Shown one piece after another: positions 10,377 to 20,800 of a stretch of DNA of 64,000 nt (position 1 is its first letter; each line of letters opens with the position of its first letter). Under the pieces are notes generated by a model, which was not told the origin of the DNA, ran no database searches, and worked only from the letters and a program-made list of their open reading frames with translations. Position numbers and translations under genes: made by a program. Source of the DNA: an uncultured Planctomycetota bacterium (GTDB lineage: Bacteria > Planctomycetota > Planctomycetia > Isosphaerales > Isosphaeraceae); the NCBI GenBank assembly GCA_963823665.1, contig CAWGMQ010000004.1, positions 2,720,001 to 2,784,000 of the forward strand, in the 5' to 3' direction.

Positions 10377-12013
10377 GATCGAGCCGCTTCTGGTTCACCC
10401 GATGCGTACAGGCCGATCCAGCCGTTTTCAACCGTTTGATTCTTCGATTCCGCGGGATTCTGGTCAAGGTCTTCTGCTGCAGCGTGCACTGCCACGATGC
10501 CGGTCCGCTTTCGTTGATAGAGAACATAATACGCAGCACCGGCTGCAACGAGCGAGAGGGTTGCCAGGGGCGCCGCAAACCGGCCCAAGGGATGCTCCCC
10601 GTAAATCTCCAAGCGCGGCCAGCTCATATTGATCACGACGAACAGCCCCCAAAGCGCGGCGGCGACGTTGACCGGCAAACCAAATCGCCCCAGAGAGAAA
10701 TACGCCCGCGGCGCGGCGGCATTGGGTCCATTGCGTGGAGCATCTTGGCGATGCAGGGACGAGCCCGGTGCAGGCGCAGGTGATTTTCGCCGCGATATCA
10801 AGAGTGGAATGGTGACCATCAGATATGCCAGGTTGGCCCAGATGACGGCCATCGAACAGAGCAATTCGATCACGTTGGGAAGGCTCGAGTTCACAATCAG
10901 GATCGCGCCGGCCAGGAAACCGATCACGAGCGCAGGGACACCCGGCGCCCGGGTGCGCGGCGAGACGTGCGAAAGCACGTCGGCAAAGGGAAGGTTCCGA
11001 TCGCGCGCCATCGCGAACATCAGCCGGACTGCTGCGGCGTGTACGGCCAGCGCGCACACGAAGACGGCGAAGATCACTTCAACCAGGAGCAGGACACCGA
11101 GCTTATCTCCGAGGACATTTCTGACCAGAAACGGCAGGCCGCCCGAGATCGTGCCGAGCTCCTCGAGAGCGGGGTCGCTGACGGCGAGAATGCCGAAGAG
11201 AATGAGCAGCGCGCCCGCGAGCCCGGCGGCGGCGAGTGCTCGCAGGATCGCCCAGGGCGCGCGCCGGCGCGGGTCGCCGGTCTCCTCGGCGAGGGCCCCT
11301 GCGGTGTCGAACCCGTACATCACGTACGACGCCATGAGGGCAGCCGCCAGGAAAGGGCCGAGGTAGCCGAAGGGTTGTCCTTGTCCTTTCCCCATCGTGT
11401 CGAACAGGATCACCGGCCCGCGGCGAACTCTGAGCGCGAGCAGCACGATCAAGAGTCCCACTCCGCAAAGCTCGGCGATCACGCCGACGTTGTTGATTCG
11501 CGCGAGATGCCGCACTCCGATCGAATTAATCAGTGTCGAGACTGCGATCAGCGCGCAGCCCAGCAAGACCGCGTTCAAGGCCGCGCTCGAGCGATCGCCG
11601 GGATCACCGACGAGCTGAAACGCAGGCGCGATCTGAGGCAAGGTCGCCTGCAAGGCCAGGGCGACGGCAGCCAGGCTGATGACCGATCCCGAGAGGTACA
11701 CCCAGCCCGCCATCCAGCCGATCGAACGCGAGCTGAGCCTGGCGGACCATTGATAGACACCGCCCGAGAGGGGATATCTTGCCGCGAGCTCCGCGAAACA
11801 GAGAGCGACTGCGCCCTGGCCAAGGAAGACGGCCGGCCAGGTCCAGTAAAAGGCCGGCCCCCCCGCGCGGTATCCCAGATAGAACGTCTGGAAGACGCCC
11901 GTCAGGACCGAGATGTACGAAAACCCCGCGGCAAATGACGAAAAGCTGCCGAGCGTCCGGTCGAGAACCTGCTTGTAGCCGAAGGTGGCGAGGTCTCGAG
12001 TGTCGTCCGACAT
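10373..12013 (-). CDS. APC-superfamily permease of amino acid/choline transporter (ACT, Hnm1/Uga4-like) type; probable choline/ethanolamine importer
   Basis: FGYKQVLDR...FSSFAAGFS, GGPA, AELAARYPLSGGVYQW, GFD...LAEET and RLMFAMARD motifs; about 12 TM helices. Substrate inferred from operon context. Confidence 0.85.
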   Translation of the reverse strand: MSDDTRDLATFGYKQVLDRTLGSFSSFAAGFSYISVLTGVFQTFYLGYRAGGPAFYWTWPAVFLGQGAVALCFAELAARYPLSGGVYQWSARLSSRSIGWMAGWVYLSGSVISLAAVALALQATLPQIAPAFQLVGDPGDRSSAALNAVLLGCALIAVSTLINSIGVRHLARINNVGVIAELCGVGLLIVLLALRVRRGPVILFDTMGKGQGQPFGYLGPFLAAALMASYVMYGFDTAGALAEETGDPRRRAPWAILRALAAAGLAGALLILFGILAVSDPALEELGTISGGLPFLVRNVLGDKLGVLLLVEVIFAVFVCALAVHAAAVRLMFAMARDRNLPFADVLSHVSPRTRAPGVPALVIGFLAGAILIVNSSLPNVIELLCSMAVIWANLAYLMVTIPLLISRRKSPAPAPGSSLHRQDAPRNGPNAAAPRAYFSLGRFGLPVNVAAALWGLFVVINMSWPRLEIYGEHPLGRFAAPLATLSLVAAGAAYYVLYQRKRTGIVAVHAAAEDLDQNPAESKNQTVENGWIGLYASGEPEAARS

Positions 12014-12021
12014 GCCGGGGA

Positions 12022-12832
12022 TCAGCCTTTTCTGGTCGCCAGGAAATTGCCCCACTTCATGTCGCCGTTCTTGCAGAAGCCGACTTTCATCTCCCAGCGA
12101 TCGACCAGGTACTTCAAGTCGGCCTCGGAGAACGCCGCAAGGAACTCGCCCGAATGATCGACAAGTCGAGCGGTTTCACTGTTCAAAATCTCGACGAATC
12201 GCGCAGTCGCGTCGTCGACGACCACGTCGCTAAAACCCGCGGCCTCGAGCAATCGGCCGTATTGCGCGGGCTCGACGACGTTATAGCCGGTGGATTCGAT
12301 GTATTTCTCGAACTCCGGCGATGCGGGTGTCTTTCCCCGAGCGTAATCCGTGATCACGAGCCGTCCGCCGGGAGCCGAGAGGTCAAAAAGCCGCGAAAAC
12401 AGCCGGCCCTTGTCGGGAATATGCATGAACGCATCGCGGCTCCAGATGATGTCGAATGGCTCCGCGAACTTCTCTTCGAGCACGTCTCCCAGCACGAACT
12501 TGCACCGAGTCATTCATTCCGAGTTCCGCCGCGCGCTCGTGGGCCACGGCAACCATTTCTTCCGCCAGGTCGATGCCGATGACCTTGGCACCATACGTCT
12601 TTGCCAGGTGAAATGCCGCTCCTCCGATGCCGCTGCCGACGTCGAGCACGCGAGCGCCTGCTCGCAATGACGGGCTCAGCCGGGCGCACAGGTCGTCGGT
12701 CGTCCGGGCGCCGCCGGTGCTGATGTAACCCGCGCCGAAGATCATCTCGTATCTCAAGATGCTGCTGCGGCTGTACTGGCCATGATTGTCGAACTTGGGT
12801 CGGGCGGCTGGCGCCGCGGGGGTCGTCGTCAT
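12022..12832 (-). CDS. phosphoethanolamine N-methyltransferase (single-domain PMT/PEAMT-like); one frameshift near 12502
   Basis: Joining ORFs 12383-12889 and 12022-12513 gives QYSRSSILRYEMIFGAGYISTGG, VLDVGSGIGG, IWSRDAFMHIPDK, ITDY and WGNFLATRK. These are collinear with the plant PEAMT C-terminal domain and Plasmodium PMT as I recall them. Confidence 0.85.
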
Positions 12833-12920
12833 GTGGTCTCTCAAATTGAAAACCGGCCAGCTCGCTGGCGGATGATCTCGGTTCCGCAACTACCAAAGAC
12901 GGCGGGCCGGGATGCTTATT

Positions 12921-13898
12921 CTACTCGAGAGCCGCCCGCGCGGCACGATAAGCCTCGAGATTCTCGCGGGCGTAGCTCGCGTAGTCGAACTCGATGTCGG
13001 ACGCGACCGTCTGGATGGTCGACCAGAGCGTTTCGCGCAGAAGTGCGACAACCCGGAAGATCTGGAACTCAGCCAGGGCCGCCGTGGGCAACGGGCCCGG
13101 ATAGGCATCGACCAAGGCACGCTGTGCCGCGGCGCTCATTCCCGCAGCGGTCGTCGCATGCGCCAGATCGAAAAGTGGATGGCCCACGCCCGCGTATTCC
13201 CAGTCGAGCAGCCAGAACCGTCGGCCGTCGTCAATCACGTTCGCCGGCATCATGTCGTTGTGACAGAGGACCGGGCGAAACGGCGCGATCCGCCGTGATA
13301 GAGCGGTGATATCTTCAATAATCTGATTGATGTCGTGCGGAAGTGACGCTTTGAGCCGCGCCGCGGTGTGCGCATAGGTGCGCACGGTCTGAAACGCGCA
13401 GAAATAGAGAACCTCGCCCGTCAAGACGGCCCAACCTTCGTGCAGGTGGCCAAGCAGGGCCGCCAGGCGAGGGAGCATGGCCGGCTCGCGAATTGTGACT
13501 GGATCAAGTGTTCGACCGTCGACGAACCGGGTCACCAGGAGCCCGCGCTCGTGATGAATGATCTCGGGCGCCAGACCGCGAAGGCTGGCGGCCTGGTGAC
13601 ACACCATTTCGTTCCGCCGGTCGACCCCAACGAGCGGGAGCTCATGGCAGATGCGAGCAAAATACGATTGCCCTCCCGTTCGAACTGCGAAGTTGCGGTT
13701 CGAGAGCCCGCCCGAGATCGGCTCGATCGAGAACGCACCGCGCACGAGACCAAGCTTCCGAAGCCGATCGATCAGCTCTCGCTCCGGGCGATTGCGCCGA
13801 CGCCTGAAAGGAAGCCGCTGTACACCCAGCGCACGCTTCCAGTCGAGCTTTAGCTTGGCGACCGGACCGCCGTGGTTCCGGTCCGGCGCAAACAGCAT
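12921..13898 (-). CDS. choline/ethanolamine kinase (APH/choline kinase family)
   Basis: GGLSNRNF, Brenner motif CHNDMMPAN, choline-kinase motif DWEYAGVGHPLFDLA. Start codon uncertain. Confidence 0.88.
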   Translation of the reverse strand: MLFAPDRNHGGPVAKLKLDWKRALGVQRLPFRRRRNRPERELIDRLRKLGLVRGAFSIEPISGGLSNRNFAVRTGGQSYFARICHELPLVGVDRRNEMVCHQAASLRGLAPEIIHHERGLLVTRFVDGRTLDPVTIREPAMLPRLAALLGHLHEGWAVLTGEVLYFCAFQTVRTYAHTAARLKASLPHDINQIIEDITALSRRIAPFRPVLCHNDMMPANVIDDGRRFWLLDWEYAGVGHPLFDLAHATTAAGMSAAAQRALVDAYPGPLPTAALAEFQIFRVVALLRETLWSTIQTVASDIEFDYASYARENLEAYRAARAALE

Positions 13899-14053
13899 CG
13901 ATTCGTGTTCGTTGGAAAACACAGAATTGTTTCCAGGCGGTGGGGGCGTCAGCGTGAACGCGCTGCGGTCAATTGAACGATGGATTATACTGCCCGGGAG
14001 AATGCCTACGCGATGGTCAAGCCGTCATTTCGGATCCGGATAGGAGGAATCGC

Positions 14054-14866
14054 ATGGCGACTGCCCCCCACCGCCCGCGGGCCCGCAAGGTTGAATACCC
14101 TACCAGCGACGGAAAGCCCATGGCGGAAACTGAAATCCACCGTGACGACATGATCGACCTGATCCAGACGTTGCAGCACCACTATGCCGACGCGCCGATG
14201 GTTTGTGTATCAGGCAACATGCTGATGTACTATGAGGAAGGAAATCGTCGCAAGCATCTCTCTCCGGACGTCTTCGTCGTGCGGGGCATTCTTAACAAGG
14301 AGCGCAAATATTACCTCATCTGGGAGGAAGGGAAGGCGCCGGATGTGGTGATCGAGATCACCTCGAAAACGACCAAACGCGAAGACCAGGGGAAGAAACG
14401 CGACCTCTATCGCGACGTCTTGCGCGTGCCGGAATACTTCCTGTTCGATCCGACGGAAGATTATCTGAAGCCGCCGCTGCAAGGTTTTCGTCTGGAGGGC
14501 GACGAGTACATTCGGATCGAACCCATCGACGGCCGGCTTCCCAGCGAAGTTCTCGGGCTACACCTCGAGCGAGATGGAAAAGAGCTCCGGCTCTACGATC
14601 CCGAAATGCGCTCTCGGCTGTCGAAACCCCGCGAGCGACAAAAAGCGGCCGAGCAGCGAGCGGAGACGGCCGAGCAGCGAGCGGAGACGGCCGAGCAGCG
14701 AGCGGAGACGGCCGAGCAGCGAGCGGAGACGGCCGAGCAGCGAGCGAAGACGGCTGAGCAACGAGCAGAGGCTGAGAGCGTTCTCAATCAAAAGATCGCC
14801 GCCGAGAAGGAAGAACTCGAGCGCGAGCTAGAAGCTCTCCGCCGGAAGTCGAGCTCGGGCCATTAA
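14054..14866 (+). CDS. Uma2 (DUF820) family PD-(D/E)xK putative endonuclease with C-terminal coiled-coil repeats
   Basis: YPTSDGKPMAET, SPDVFVV, PDVVIEITS and VPEYFLFDP motifs; AGGAGG RBS upstream of the ATG at 14054. Confidence 0.92.
   Translation: MATAPHRPRARKVEYPTSDGKPMAETEIHRDDMIDLIQTLQHHYADAPMVCVSGNMLMYYEEGNRRKHLSPDVFVVRGILNKERKYYLIWEEGKAPDVVIEITSKTTKREDQGKKRDLYRDVLRVPEYFLFDPTEDYLKPPLQGFRLEGDEYIRIEPIDGRLPSEVLGLHLERDGKELRLYDPEMRSRLSKPRERQKAAEQRAETAEQRAETAEQRAETAEQRAETAEQRAKTAEQRAEAESVLNQKIAAEKEELERELEALRRKSSSGH
14648..14770 (+). repeat. 21-bp coding tandem repeat (AEQRAET)n
   Basis: GCCGAGCAGCGAGCGGAGACG as 4 perfect copies plus 2 degenerate copies. Confidence 0.95.
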
Positions 14867-17800
14867 TTACCGCCGGCCCATCCGCTCAAGCGCCCTGCCA
14901 GCCATCGCACCCGCCAGAGCAGGGGACCCAGACCGCGATTTCCTCGCATCCACATCTGCCACGATCGACGGCGCCTGAAAGACAAACGGCGGCGACTTGA
15001 GTCGCACACGCACACCCGCCGAGCCGCCAATCGGCGGCAGAATCGTCCGTGCCGTTCCTCCCCGGCCTCGGCTGACCGAGCCGCTCAATATCGTCTTCCT
15101 GGCCACCGTGCCGATCAAATCCAGTTCGGCCGCATTTCCGGACGCGCTGCGAAACATCTCCATGAACCCGCCTTTGGTCAACTGGAGCGACACGACATTT
15201 CGCGAAGAGTCCGTATAGACGAGCCGTTTCCCAGCCCCAAACGTGACGTAGAGCGGAGTGCCGACAATCCCGTTGAAACCGATCAGCAAGTTGTTCGACG
15301 AGTCTGTCAATCCATTGTTCAAAAGCGTGCTCGTCTGCCCGTCAACCGTCACCTGCCAGAAGGTGTTGGGCGATAAGGGAACACTCGGGGTAATCGTCAC
15401 AGTCTGCGACGCCGCGTTGTAGACCGCCGAGCTCAGGCTGACGTAATTTCCGGCGCTGCTGCCGAAAGTTCCATTCGCTCCGGCCGAGTATGCGAAGTAA
15501 CCGAAGCTGGCCAGATTCTGCGCTCGCACGGCAACCAGCGGCTTGCTGAAGCCAAGCACGATTGCCGAGATCGCCTGGCCGCTCATGATCAACTGCTCGG
15601 AGGTCAGCCTGGGGGCGACCAGGTTGATCGGCGGTGGTGGTGGCGGGGGCGGTGCGGGTAGCTCGCTGATCGAGAGCGTCGCGGTGCCGATCGCCCCGAG
15701 CGTGGCCCCGTCGCCAGGCTGGCTGAGCGTCAAATTGACCGTCGTCGTTGCGGCCGACTGACTGAGATTGGGAAGGATCGTGATCGGAAAGGTCTGCAAC
15801 GAGTAAGGCTGGCCGGGCAGAAACGTCAATATTCCCGAAGCAGCAGCATATTGCTTGCCCGCGATCGCGGTGCCGTTGCTGGTGGCGTACGAGACCGTCA
15901 CGAGCGCGCTCAAGTTGCCCACGCGCTCGACCTGAATGTTTGCCACGCCCGCCGCGGAATTGACGGCATACTGCGCCGTCGTGAACTGCACGCTCACGGG
16001 CTGTGCAGTCAGGTCGGCTGCGAATTCCGAGGTATCGCCTGTGGCTAGATTTGTTGCGGTGGCGCTGACCCAGGTGTTCGCCGGAATGCCGTTTTGCGGT
16101 GACAGCAAGGCCACGGCCAATCCATTCGCGCCGGTCGTGACTGCCTGAGATCCCAGCAGGGTTTGCCCCTGGCCGTAACCGGTCGGATCGGGCGTCGTGT
16201 TGCTGAAGAACTGGATGAGGAACGACGTATTCGGGAGGCTGCTCAAGCTTGCCTGCGCTGCACCTGCTGCTCCGCCGACGACGGCAGTCATCACCGGCGT
16301 GTTCTCTAGATCGTTGGGCCCGACCCGCACACCCGGGCCATTTGGAGTGACACCACTGGGAGGGTCGCCCGCCGCGACCAGATCGATGCCCAGGTGTCCG
16401 TTCGAGAAGATGCTGTTTGAGAGGATCGAGTCGCCCGTTCCCGACTGCACGCTCACCCCTGCCGCCACGCTAAACGCAATCGTGTTCCCAGCTCCCGTCG
16501 CCGTTCCCCCGATCGTATTGTTCGAGGCGCCATTGCTCACGATCACTCCGTTGATCTCGTTGCCCAGATTCAGTGTGCCGCTCGTATCGGTTCCAACGTA
16601 GTTTCCTTCGATGACGTTGAGCTCGGCGGTCGAGCCGTCGAGGCGAATTCCCCACTGGTTGGCGGAGATCACGTTGCGCGCCGCGGAGCTCGTGCCACCC
16701 ACCGTGTTGCCAAAGGCACCTTCGATCAGGACCCCCTCGCCCGAGTTGCCCAGCTCGGCCGTGCCCGACTTGTCGGTGCCGACCAGGTTGCCCTCGATCA
16801 GGTTCTGGGTCGACGTGGCGCCGTCGATCTCGATGCCCACGAGGTTGCCCGAAATCACTTGCTCACTCTGGCTGTCTCCTTCGATCGTGTTGCCGGACGC
16901 GTTGTCGATCTGGATGCCGCTTTGGGCATTGCCCAGGTCGGCAGTGCCCGTGGAATCGGTGCCGATCAAGTTACCCTGGACGGTCACGCCCTGGGCCAAC
17001 GCACCGGAGATCAGGACGCCGATCAGGTTGTCCGAGATGACATTGCCGGTGCCGATCAGCGTGCCGGGCGAGTAGTCGGCCACACCGGCGCCCGACATTG
17101 CCGAGCGCCGCCGTGCCGTCCGCGGTCAAACCGATGATGTCGTTCTCGATCGAGTTACCTGTCGCGTTCGCGCCCGTCACGTAAACGCCAGCCCCTTTGT
17201 TCGAGGAGATCACGTTGCCATCGGCCGACGCGGGGCCGCCGACCATGTTGTCCGGCGCGTCGTCGATGCGCACGCCGTCGGCCGAATTGCCGGGCTGTCC
17301 GTTGCCGAATGCGTAGCCGCCTCCGGGTGCCGCGCCGATGTAGTTGGCCTCGACAAGATTACTCGTCGCACCGACTCCGATGATATGCACGCCAAATCCG
17401 TGATTCGCCGAAATGACGTTGCCCGACCCCGAGGCAGCGCCGCCGATGACATTGCTTGATGAATAGACGATTCCCGATGGATTGCCGGCGCTTCCCGACG
17501 ACTCGATGGCGACTCCGTCCGAACCATTGCCGGCTGTGAAATAGAGCCCGCTCGAGGCGGGCCCGATTACCCCGATCTCATTGCCAAGAATCTGGTTGCC
17601 CGATGCCCCGGGTATCAGCAAGACGCCTTGCCCCCCGTTGCCGCTGATCACGTTTGCGTCCTGGGGCTTGGTGCCGCCTACCGTCGCGTTGGCGGAGCCG
17701 AGTGAGATCCCTTCCTGAGTGTTGCCTAGCCCTCCTAGCGCCACGTTGTTCGGCGACGGGCAGCGCGATACCCGTCAGCGGATCGACGGGATAGACCAGA

Positions 17801-20800
17801 AACTCTCCGATCGCGTTGCCTTGGATCAGATCGCCTACGTTGTCCGGATCAGGAACGGAAACACCGATGCCGAAACCCTCGATGGCGAGTCCGCGAATCA
17901 CACTCTGCGAAGTGTCCAGAACCAGTCCGGTTGACCCGCCGGTCTGGTTGCCGTTCAAAATCACCCGGATTTGCGCATTGTCTCCATCGATTGCTGCGGT
18001 CGTATTGGTGACCGATGATATCAGCATTGGGTTACCGATCAGTGCTCCGCCGGCAGTGACCGTCTGGACATGTATGTTCGCGTTCGACCCCCCGGTGAGA
18101 TCGTTGGAGGCGATGAGATTCGGAATGGCTTCGTCCGCGTCGGCTCCCTGAAATGCTATCGCGAACGTGCCCGGAAGTGACTCCGTGACTGAAACGTTGG
18201 CATTTCCGAGCACAAGGGCGAGCGCCTGCTGGACCTCGTCGGCCGACGCCGAATAGGAAATGGGAGGCGTCGTGCCTACTGGCAGAGGCGCCAATGTGGA
18301 GAGGGTGAAGGTGCCGCCGGTGGGCTCTCCGCCGATGGTCAGATCCTGGACCGCCGAGCTGACCTGGTCGGGGTAGCGGTAAGGCACCGCGACATTGGCC
18401 TGGGTGAACCCGTCAATCGACACCGGATGCGTGATCGCTGGTAGCGGGCTGTCGAGCGAGATCGTCCAGATCTGGTTGACCGGGTCGAATCCGGGAACGG
18501 GAATGTTCTCGTTCCCGGCTGTCGACGCGGGGATCTCGAAGACGATGTCGTCAACTCCGGGATTGGGGTCGTCGTTTGCGGCGGTGATCGCGTCGCGCAG
18601 GGTTCCCGGGCCTGAATCACCCGTGTTGGTGACGACGAAGGTGAGCGGATTTCCGGTGGAGTTGTTGATGATGGTGAGAGTGGCGAGAGCGATCGAGCCC
18701 AGGGTGGCGCCGCCAGCGGGCTGGCTCAAGGTCAGGTTGACGGTGGAAAAAGTGGTTGGGCGGTTGGGGTTGGGCAGGATTGGGATCGAGAAGGTTGCGT
18801 CGGTCTGATCGGGCGCGAACGAGACGATGCCGGAGACGGCGGAGTAATCCTGTCCGGCAACCGCTGAGCCGCTGGAGGTGGCATAGCCGATCGAGACGGC
18901 CACGGCGAGGTTGCCGGAGCGCTGGATGTCGATCGAGGCTGTTCCAGCCGTGGACTGGACGGTGGGAGCGGCGTTCGCGAACGAGATGGTGACGGCTTGC
19001 GCAGCGACTGCGTTGGAGAATCCGGAGGAATCGCCGGTGGATTGGTTGGTCGCGGTGAGCGTCATGAAGGTGCCGACGGCCAGGCCGCTCGCGACGGTGA
19101 AGTTGATGGTCGCGGTGCCAGTGGCGCCGGTTGTCACAACGGTTGAGCCCAAGAACGTCTGCCCCTGGCCCACTCCAGACGGGTCTGGAATCGCGCTGCT
19201 GAAAAACTGGATCAGAAAGCTCGTATCAGCGACGCTCGTGAGCGAGCCCTGGACGTTACTCCCGGTGCCGCCACCCGCGACTCCGGTGACGGTTGGAGCG
19301 CTTTGCATGTGGTTGCCATTTTCGAGCGCGATTCCTTGCTGTCCGTTGAACGCGATGCCGTTCGAGAGGATTGAATCGCCCGTTCCCGATTCGACGAGCA
19401 CGCCCGCTTCAACGTTAAAGCCGATCACATTTCCCTGTCCGCCGCCTGTGCCGCCGATCGTGTTGTTCGAGGCGTTTGAGCTAAGGAGGACTCCGTTGAT
19501 TTCATTGCCAAGCGGGGCAGTGCCGCTCGAATCCGTGCCGACGTAGTTCCCTTCAATCAAGTTGCCGCTCGCGGCGGCGCCGTCGATTTGAATGCCACAC
19601 TGATTGGCGGAAATCACGTTGCGTGCCGCCGCCGTGGTGCCGCCGACCGTGTTGTTCGGGGCCCCTTCGATCAAGATGCCTTGGTTCGAGTTGCCAAGGT
19701 CGGCCGTGCCCGACTTGTTGGTGCCGATCAGGTTGCCCTCAATCAGGTTCCCAGTCGACGTGGCGCCGTCGATCTCGATTCCCGCGAGGTTGCCGGAAAT
19801 CACCTGCACTCCCAGGTTGTCGGCTTCAATCGTGTTCCCGGCCGAGTTGACAATTTGAATTCCGTCCTCGGCATTACCCAGATCGGCGATTCCTGTGGAA
19901 TCCGTGCCGATCAGGTTGTCTCGAACAATCACGCCGGTTGCCGTTGCACCCGAGATCAAGATTCCTGTCAGGTTGTCGGATATGACGTTGCCCGGTCCGA
20001 TCAGCGTTCCGGGCGAATAGTCGGCCACGCCGGCGCCGACGTTGCCCAGCACGGCGCTGCCGTCGGCGGTCAGTCCGATGATGTTGTTTTCAATCGAGTT
20101 GCCCAGACCATCGGCCCCCGTCACATAGACTCCAGCTCCTTTGTTCGACGAGATCACGTTGCCGTCGGAGTTTGCGGGCCCACCGACCTGATTGTCCGGC
20201 GCGTCGTCGATCCGCACCCCGTCGAGTGAATTGCCCGGCTGGCCGTTGCCGAAGACGTAGCCGCCTCCGGGGGCCGCCCCGATGTAATTTGCCTCGACGA
20301 GATTTCGCGTGGCACCGACGCCGACCAGGAGAACTCCGTAACCGTGATTGGCTGAAATGACATTGCCCGCGCCGGAGGCGGCGCCACCGATGACATTGCT
20401 CGACGCATAGACGATGCCGGCAGGGTTGGCAGCCGAGCCCGTCGATTCGACGTCGACCCCGTCTGCGCCGTTGCCGTCGGTGAAATAAACGCCACTCGCC
20501 GCGGGCCCGATGACCCCAATCTGGTTTCCGAGCACCTGATTTCCCGATGCGCCAGGCTCGATCAAGACACCTTGCGCACCGTTGCCGCCGATCACGTTGG
20601 CGTCTTGGGGCTCAGTGCCGCCGACCGTCGCGTTGGCGCAGCCGAGCAGAATCCCTTCCTGAGTGTTTCCCTGCCCGGCCAGAGCGACCGAGTTGGGCGG
20701 CGGAAGCGCGGTGCCCGCGAGCGGGTCGACCGGGTAGACCAGGTATTCTCCGATCGCGTTTCCCTGGATCAGATCGCCGACATTCAAAGGCCCTGGAATC

